NCBI GenBank assembly: GCA_041562555.1
Contig: JBFEXS010000068.1
Span: 1-11,800, forward strand
Length of the DNA stretch: 11,800 nt
Origin: Sulfurimonadaceae bacterium
GTDB lineage: Bacteria > Campylobacterota > Campylobacteria > Campylobacterales > Sulfurimonadaceae
Direction of reading: 5' to 3'
The position numbers were made by a program, and so were the translations under genes. Below the pieces are notes generated by a model. The model was not told the origin of the DNA. It did not search any database and saw only the letters and a program-made list of their open reading frames with translations. Of this stretch, positions 7,063-11,800 are shown piece after piece (the first letter of the stretch is position 1; each line of letters opens with the position of its first letter).

Positions 7063-8712
7063 ATGATTGCACAAGACTCCATAGAAGCCCTTAAGACCCG
7101 ACTTGATATTGTTGATGTAGTAGGTAACTACGTGGAGCTTAAAAAGGCTGGAGCCAACTTCAAGGCACCCTGTCCCTTTCACGATGAGAAAAGCCCCTCT
7201 TTTGTCGTAAGTCCGGCAAAACAGATCTATCACTGCTTTGGATGCGGAGTGACCGGTGACCCTATCCGTTTCGTCATGGAGTATGAGAAACTCAACTATC
7301 CCGAAGCCATCGAAAAACTGGCCGAATACTATAATTTTTCCCTGCAATATACCAAAGGCGGACAAAAGAAAGCCGATACACGCCTTCTGGAGAAACTTAA
7401 TGACTGGTACAAAAGCCTCCTTGATTCCAATCCTATAGCGCAAAACTACCTCAAAGAACGCGGGATTTTCGAATCCTCCATTGAAAAGTTCGGCATCGGA
7501 TACGCTCCTGCTTCCCAACAGACCATCACCTACTTGAAAAGCCATATGTTCGATATCAAAGAGGGAATAGAACTGGGAGTCCTGGGTCAAGGTGAGAACA
7601 ATATCTTCGCACGTTTTATCGAACGTATCACCTTCCCTATCCAAGCCGCGAATGGTTCCATGGTGGGTTTTGGAGGAAGAACCATCACCGGCCATCAGGC
7701 AAAATACGTCAACTCCCCTCAGACGAAACTCTTTAACAAATCACGCCTGCTCTATGCCTACAATCACGCCAAGGAGAACATCTATAAGAGCAAAGAGATG
7801 ATCGTCACCGAAGGGTATCTGGACGTAGTGATGCTCCATCAGGCCGGGTTTAACAACGCCGTTGCGACACTGGGAACAGCACTGACGAATGAGCATCTTC
7901 CCCTGCTTCGCAAAGGTGAACCCCGTATTGTCATGGCCTATGACGGGGACAGTGCCGGACTGAACGCAGCTATCAAGGCGTCGAAGCTTCTTTCTGCTTC
8001 GGGCATGGATGGGGGTGTGGTTATCTTTGGCGAAGGCCTGGATCCTGCGGATATGGTAAAAAACGGCCAAATGGAGGAGCTTACCCGTCTGCTTCGTCAT
8101 CCCAAGCCCTTTATCGAATTCGTACTCGAACAAAGCGTCCACAGCTTTGATCTGAATAATCCCAAAGCCAAAGAAGAAGCACTGCATACGGGTATTGCCT
8201 ATCTCAAAACGCTCTCGCCCCTCTTGCAGGAGGAGTACAAACCCTATTTAGCTGCCCTGCTTAATGTCAATAAAGGCGTCATCCGTCTGCAGAAAGCACC
8301 TCAGAATCAGCAGATGCCACAATTTTCAGCCCCTTTGAGCCGTGAGGATATCTGGGAACTGAGCCTGATAAAAACCATCCTCGAGACCCCTGCCGTAACA
8401 GAGAACATCCTTGACTTTATCGATCCATCCCAACTCGATGCACACGCTCAGGAGTTTACCTTAGCCATCAGCGGTCAGCGCGAACATCCTCTGCTTGTCA
8501 AGACAATGCTCAATGAGAGCATCAAAGCCTTTGCCGAAGAAGACCTTAAGAATGAGCTGCTTACCTTTTTAAGCCACTATTACAATAAAGAACTGCGTAA
8601 AATAAACCAACAAAAAGATATGAGTTTTGAGAAAAAAGCCTTCTATATACGCTCCTATCGCGAGAAGATCAACAAACTAAAACGCGGTGAACTTGTTCCC
8701 TTTCAAGTATAG
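7063..8712 (+). CDS. dnaG: DNA primase
   Basis: Zn-binding domain CPFHDEKSPSF...YHCFGCG, RITFPI..GFGGR, KYVNSPQT, and Toprim motifs VTEGYLDV, AVATLGTALT, AYDGDSAG and GLDPAD. The probable start is MIAQDSIEALK at 7063 (the track uses GTG 7045). Confidence 0.98.
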   Translation: MIAQDSIEALKTRLDIVDVVGNYVELKKAGANFKAPCPFHDEKSPSFVVSPAKQIYHCFGCGVTGDPIRFVMEYEKLNYPEAIEKLAEYYNFSLQYTKGGQKKADTRLLEKLNDWYKSLLDSNPIAQNYLKERGIFESSIEKFGIGYAPASQQTITYLKSHMFDIKEGIELGVLGQGENNIFARFIERITFPIQAANGSMVGFGGRTITGHQAKYVNSPQTKLFNKSRLLYAYNHAKENIYKSKEMIVTEGYLDVVMLHQAGFNNAVATLGTALTNEHLPLLRKGEPRIVMAYDGDSAGLNAAIKASKLLSASGMDGGVVIFGEGLDPADMVKNGQMEELTRLLRHPKPFIEFVLEQSVHSFDLNNPKAKEEALHTGIAYLKTLSPLLQEEYKPYLAALLNVNKGVIRLQKAPQNQQMPQFSAPLSREDIWELSLIKTILETPAVTENILDFIDPSQLDAHAQEFTLAISGQREHPLLVKTMLNESIKAFAEEDLKNELLTFLSHYYNKELRKINQQKDMSFEKKAFYIRSYREKINKLKRGELVPFQV

Positions 8713-8756
8713 CCATCGCAACGATTTTTTAACATTGGGTATCCTATAATTCCCCC

Positions 8757-8873
8757 AAGTGAACATTTACTCTGCGGAATTTTAAAGAATATAAAATTTT
8801 CCCCTAAAAATTTTTATATGCTATTTCTTTAACTTTGTTTTCCCCTCAAGATCCAAGGTTTAAATATTCACTT
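8757..8873. ncRNA. Candidate structured non-coding RNA / long imperfect inverted repeat
   Basis: Nested complementarity: AAGTGAACATTTA (8757-8769) with TAAATATTCACTT (8861-8873), 12/13; TTAAAGAA (8782-8789) with TTCTTTAA (8825-8832), 8/8; TATAAAATTTT (8790-8800) with AAAATTTTTATA (8807-8818, one bulge) closing a CCCCTA loop. TATAAT occurs at 8745-8750 (+) and 8908-8913 (-). Confidence 0.4.
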
Positions 8874-9021
8874 TCTCCCAAGAAACACTTCCAAGACAAA
8901 TGACATAATTATAAGATTAAGCTATCTCTTAAAGACAAGAAAGTATACTGATTACAATGCAAAAAACATACAATCATCCTTTGGTTTACCCCTTGAGATG
9001 ATCTGCAATAAGGGAATGATG

Positions 9022-9462
9022 ATGAGTGTACCGTTTTCTTTTTTCAATTTCACAGGACTGGTCGATCTGCATCGCGGTATCGTAGAGCGACTCGATGATG
9101 CACATCTGGAAGCCTTTAGTATCTTATATTGTGATTTTGAGGGTCTGGACAAAACCAAGATCGATGATAGTCTCCAACAGGTCGTCCGTTCTTCAGACTC
9201 TTATGTTCACAATGACAACGCTTTTTTCTTTGTACTCTATCAGACGGACAAGTACGGGGCAACCGTTGTAGCCAATATGTTTGAGGAGTTCTTTGGTAAA
9301 TATATCCGCCACGATGTCGTATCTTATCCAAGAGACGGTGATACGGCACAAGAACTCTTTGATTCACTTCAGGCAAGTGTCAAAAAGAAACTTGATATCG
9401 ATTTGGAATGTCTCGATCATAACAGCCGAGAGCATCCTACTTTTGGAATTGATAAAAAGTAG
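9022..9462 (+). CDS. Stand-alone degenerate GGDEF-fold protein retaining the RxxD I-site
   Basis: FSILYCDF (cf. xxxLxxDID), VVRSSDSYVHNDNAFFFVL (cf. LRxxDxxxRxGGDEFxxxL) and VSYPRDGDTAQELF (cf. AxYPxDGxTxxELL). SD AAGGGA at 9010-9015 favours ATG 9022; in-frame ATGs also lie at 8998, 9016 and 9019. Confidence 0.65.
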   Translation: MSVPFSFFNFTGLVDLHRGIVERLDDAHLEAFSILYCDFEGLDKTKIDDSLQQVVRSSDSYVHNDNAFFFVLYQTDKYGATVVANMFEEFFGKYIRHDVVSYPRDGDTAQELFDSLQASVKKKLDIDLECLDHNSREHPTFGIDKK

Positions 9463-10039
9463 AGTTCCTATAATAAGCGAGAGCTTCCGCAATCTCTGAT
9501 TCGCGCAGTGCTTTTTTCGTTGGCTTGCAGAATATCTCTTCGGTTTTCACGTCTTCGTGCATCCCTACCACTGTTTTTGGCTCACTCTTGGCAATCATCT
9601 CTTTTTCAGGAACGGGTGCTTCACCCTTGGATATTTTGATCGGTTCAACCGTTTCCATCTCTTCTTCGGAGACCTTCTCCTTTTTCATCTTATTAAGGGT
9701 ACGGGCCTTGGCCATAACGATCGATTGCTGCATCTGCTGTTCAGGTTTGGGTATACTCAGTTTTGCCGGCATCGGTACGATAAACGCTTTTGGCGTCACC
9801 TTCTGCTTTATCTCTTCCAAGCCCTTTTGTGCTTCGTCATAATCTTTGAACTCACCTGCAAGCACACGATATCGGCCTTCGGAATACCGTGTCTGAAAAG
9901 GGATATCGAGGGACTTGAGCTTTTGCATAAACGCTTCGGTTATCGACGTTTTTTCCTCCGTACTCAATACCTGTACCGTCAATTTATCCTGAGCGAAGAG
10001 TGTTGCGACGAAGATGGCAGATACAATAAGCTTTTTCAT
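9437..10039 (-). CDS. Exported SPOR-domain (peptidoglycan-binding) protein
   Basis: Probable start MKKLIVSAIFVATLFA (signal peptide; ATG 10039, SD AGGA). The SPOR-like region LTVQVLS...GRYRVLAGEFKDYDEAQKGLEEIKQKVTPKAFIV is followed by a K/E/P-rich linker and a C-terminal helix. Confidence 0.78.
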   Translation of the reverse strand: MKKLIVSAIFVATLFAQDKLTVQVLSTEEKTSITEAFMQKLKSLDIPFQTRYSEGRYRVLAGEFKDYDEAQKGLEEIKQKVTPKAFIVPMPAKLSIPKPEQQMQQSIVMAKARTLNKMKKEKVSEEEMETVEPIKISKGEAPVPEKEMIAKSEPKTVVGMHEDVKTEEIFCKPTKKALRESEIAEALAYYRNSTFYQFQK

Positions 10040-10081
10040 ACATATTTTCCTATATCGATGGACTTGGGGATTAATCTGTCT

Positions 10082-10087
10082 AGTATA
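10082..10087 (-). promoter_or_regulatory. Putative -10 element (gaTATACT) of the SPOR gene
   Basis: Minus strand reads CGATATACT about 43 nt upstream of ATG 10039. Confidence 0.4.
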
Positions 10088-10166
10088 TCGGCAGATGGGA
10101 TATGGAATGTAGAGAAATTTCAATTATTCCATGAAGCGTGTAAGAGCACCTTAAGGCACAAATAAT

Positions 10167-10172
10167 TATACT
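10167..10172 (+). promoter_or_regulatory. Putative -10 element (TATACT) of tRNA-Ala
   Basis: TATACT ends 18 nt upstream of the mature tRNA 5' end. Confidence 0.5.
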
Positions 10173-10190
10173 TTCCATCTTCCAAACTGT

Positions 10191-10266
10191 GGGGCATTAG
10201 CTCAGCTGGGAGAGCGCTTCGCTGGCAGCGAAGAGGTCAGCGGTTCGATCCCGCTATGCTCCACCA
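10191..10266 (+). tRNA. tRNA-Ala(GGC)
   Basis: 76-nt cloverleaf: acceptor GGGGCAT/ATGCTCC with the G3:U70 Ala identity pair, D-arm GCTC/GAGC, anticodon stem CTTCG/CGAAG with GGC at 10224-10226, T-loop TTCGATC and encoded CCA. Confidence 0.98.
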
Positions 10267-10270
10267 TTCA

Positions 10271-10376
10271 ATAATCCAACACAATCCTAAATGATCTACA
10301 AAACACCCTTAAATACGATGTTTTAAAGCTATCTATCGTCTGAGTACGTCTAGTATAATATAACTAAATCTACAAC
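10271..10376 (+). repeat. Degenerate 10-bp-period repeats in the att region
   Basis: ATAATCCAAC/ACAATCCTAA/ATGATCTACA (10271-10300). CGTCT, CGTCT, AATAT and AATCT end at 10341, 10351, 10361 and 10371. Confidence 0.45.
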
Positions 10377-10378
10377 TT

Positions 10379-10453
10379 TAATGTACTTTTTAGTGTACTT
10401 CGTCATAATGTACTTTAATATTTCATCAAATAAAGTACATTAGAGGTACATAA
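10379..10453. repeat. Five TARTGTACTT-like repeats (three direct, two inverted); putative integrase arm-type binding sites
   Basis: Direct: TAATGTACTTT 10379-10389, TAGTGTACTT 10391-10400 and TAATGTACTTTA 10406-10417. Inverted: TAAAGTACATTA 10431-10442 (perfect 12-bp complement of the third copy) and GAGGTACATAA 10443-10453. Confidence 0.8.
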
Positions 10454-11727
10454 TGGCTAACCGTTCAATCCAAGATGCTCTTAGTGATGCAACTATCAAA
10501 ACAGCCAAAGCCAAAGAGAAAGCGTACCACCTACCCGATGGTAACGGACTACAATTACTTATCAAACCGAATGGCACTAAAACATGGGAAATCCGATACA
10601 CAATCAACGGTAAAACCACCAAAACCACCGCAGGGAACTATCCAACTGTTAAGCTCAAAGAGGCCCGTAAAAAACGAGATGAATATAAAGAGCTTGCTTA
10701 TAAAGGCATTAACCCCGTCCAGGCAAAACGAGAAGCCAAAGCGAAAAGAGAAGCAGCCAATAAAGGCCAATTTCATTTAGTGGTTCGTGAATGGGCTGAT
10801 AACCTCACTTGTAGTAAACCATATGCGGACAAGCGTTACAGAGCCTATGAGCGTGATATGTTTCCGTACTTCTGTAAATACGATAAACAGCATAATATAC
10901 TTTCTTCTCAACATATCAACGAAATAAAGCATGAAGACCTTTTTAAAGCGATCAAAGCAAAAGAAGTTCAAACACCCGAAACAGCTAAAAGACTCTATCA
11001 AGATGCAAAGCTAATATGGGAACACGCTATTTCAAGTGGATACACTGAGGTCATGACACCTCTTAAAATTAAAAAATCTTCTCTTCCTAAGCCACAAAAA
11101 AAACACTATGCCAAGATCACAGATGCAGCAACACTAAATGAGCTGCTGCATGAAATTGACAAATATAAAGGCCAACCAATCACACGCCTCATGCTTCAAT
11201 TCGTATGTAGGATACCTCTAAGAGCCGAGAACCTATGTAAACTACGCTGGGAACAGATAGACCTGGACAAAGGACTATTAACCATTAAACGGTCTAATAT
11301 GAAGGTTAAAGACAGCAACCTTCCAGACTTTAATGTACTTTTACCTCAGCAAGCAATCGAAATTCTACGTGAAGTACATAATATTACTGGATGGGGACAA
11401 TGGGTGTTCCATGGGCTTAAAAACATACATACTCATATAAATCAGGAAACAGGCAATAAAGCTCTTCGTATGATGGGCTTTAATGATGAAGAGAGAGGGC
11501 GTAAGCAAACATTGCATAGCTTTAGAGGTACATTTCGCTCTTTAGTTGAAACACATAGGCAAGAGCATAATGCTAGCTTTGAGACAATGGAGAGATGTTT
11601 GGATCATCATGAAAAAAGGGCTGAGGTCCGAGCCTATTCACATGAAGCCGACTACACAAAACAAATGGGTGATCTTTTCCAATGGTGGTGTAATTACTTG
11701 GATGAAATTAAAATAAAAGCCTTTTGA
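10453..11727 (+). CDS. Tyrosine recombinase/integrase, P4/IntA-like, with an N-terminal arm-DNA-binding domain
   Basis: LSDATIKTAKAKEKAYHLPDGNGLQLLIKPNGTKTWEIRY...GNYPTVKLKEARKK (arm-binding domain). Catalytic residues: R (PLRAEN), K (NMKVK), HxxR (LHSFRG), H (CLDH) and Y (RAYSH). SD AGAGG at 10442-10446. Confidence 0.95.
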   Translation: MANRSIQDALSDATIKTAKAKEKAYHLPDGNGLQLLIKPNGTKTWEIRYTINGKTTKTTAGNYPTVKLKEARKKRDEYKELAYKGINPVQAKREAKAKREAANKGQFHLVVREWADNLTCSKPYADKRYRAYERDMFPYFCKYDKQHNILSSQHINEIKHEDLFKAIKAKEVQTPETAKRLYQDAKLIWEHAISSGYTEVMTPLKIKKSSLPKPQKKHYAKITDAATLNELLHEIDKYKGQPITRLMLQFVCRIPLRAENLCKLRWEQIDLDKGLLTIKRSNMKVKDSNLPDFNVLLPQQAIEILREVHNITGWGQWVFHGLKNIHTHINQETGNKALRMMGFNDEERGRKQTLHSFRGTFRSLVETHRQEHNASFETMERCLDHHEKRAEVRAYSHEADYTKQMGDLFQWWCNYLDEIKIKAF

Positions 11728-11740
11728 GATCCATCTCAAA
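11723..11740. repeat. 8-bp inverted repeat with a 2-nt spacer overlapping the integrase stop codon
   Basis: TTTGAGAT-CC-ATCTCAAA. Confidence 0.5.
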
Positions 11741-11752
11741 TTCCTGATCTCT

Positions 11753-11776
11753 AAACTCCCCTAAAATAGGGGGTTT
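11753..11776. terminator. Possible hairpin/terminator downstream of the integrase
   Basis: AAAC(T)CCCCTA-AAA-TAGGGGGTTT. The U-tail is short, so terminator function is uncertain. Confidence 0.35.
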
Positions 11777-11800
11777 GAAACCTCCCAAAATAGTGTCTAA

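Larger units (their letters stand above)
10267..11800. mobile_element. Left end of an integrative element (genomic island, prophage or satellite) inserted at the tRNA-Ala 3' end; extends beyond the window
   Basis: A P4-like integrase starts 186 nt after the tRNA CCA and is co-oriented with it. There is no obvious tRNA terminator hairpin, the att-like spacer is repeat-rich, and the sequence looks more AT-rich than the upstream genes. The second att copy is not in the window. Confidence 0.8.

Noticed and set aside
6952..8187. Minus-strand ORFs 6952-7695 (247 aa) and 7741-8187, and the short alternative-frame ORFs inside dnaG
   Set aside because: They overlap the highly conserved dnaG. Long antisense frames arise from codon bias, and there is no independent evidence.
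8713..9021. c-di-GMP riboswitch, SRP RNA, 6S RNA or oriC in the dnaG-GGDEF gap
   Set aside because: No c-di-GMP-I/II or SRP domain IV consensus is visible. The fold is shorter and more AU-rich than typical 6S RNA. There is no cluster of convincing DnaA boxes and no adjacent dnaA.
8952..10165. ORFs 8952-9158, 9116-9376, 9281-9499, 9525-9842 and 9557-10165
   Set aside because: They overlap the GGDEF-like or SPOR genes in antisense or alternative frames and have no motifs.
10271..10453. CRISPR array in the repeat-rich region after the tRNA
   Set aside because: The repeats are only 10-12 bp, in mixed orientation, with no 30-40 bp unique spacers and no cas genes. Att-site architecture explains them better.
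10440..11001. Small ORFs overlapping the integrase (10440-10628, 10475-10780, 10555-10776, 10777-11001) as an excisionase
   Set aside because: None shows an HTH/AlpA/Xis-like pattern, and all lie essentially within the integrase coding region.

Overview
Bacterial chromosomal window, probably Campylobacterota (Sulfurovum/Sulfurimonas-like; inferred from gene content and gnTAnAAT-type promoters). Positions 1-10266 are mostly housekeeping. The minus strand carries a 3'-truncated SdhA/FrdA-family flavoprotein (absent from the ORF track), a purT / D-2-hydroxyacid dehydrogenase / YqaA-like operon, a secreted double-retropepsin+PDZ protease, a Cys-rich stand-alone receiver protein and an ABC exporter. 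These are followed by a divergent dnaG, an AT-rich structured intergenic region, a degenerate GGDEF protein, a SPOR protein and tRNA-Ala(GGC). A P4-like tyrosine integrase with att-arm-type repeats follows the tRNA and marks the left edge of an integrative element whose cargo lies beyond the window. The best leads are a receiver domain with a Cx5Cx2C insertion coupled to a protease, a candidate structured or antisense sRNA upstream of an RxxD-retaining degenerate GGDEF gene, an SdhA-like protein lacking the covalent-FAD His, and the tRNA-Ala island. All calls come from reading the sequence by eye; no searches were run.
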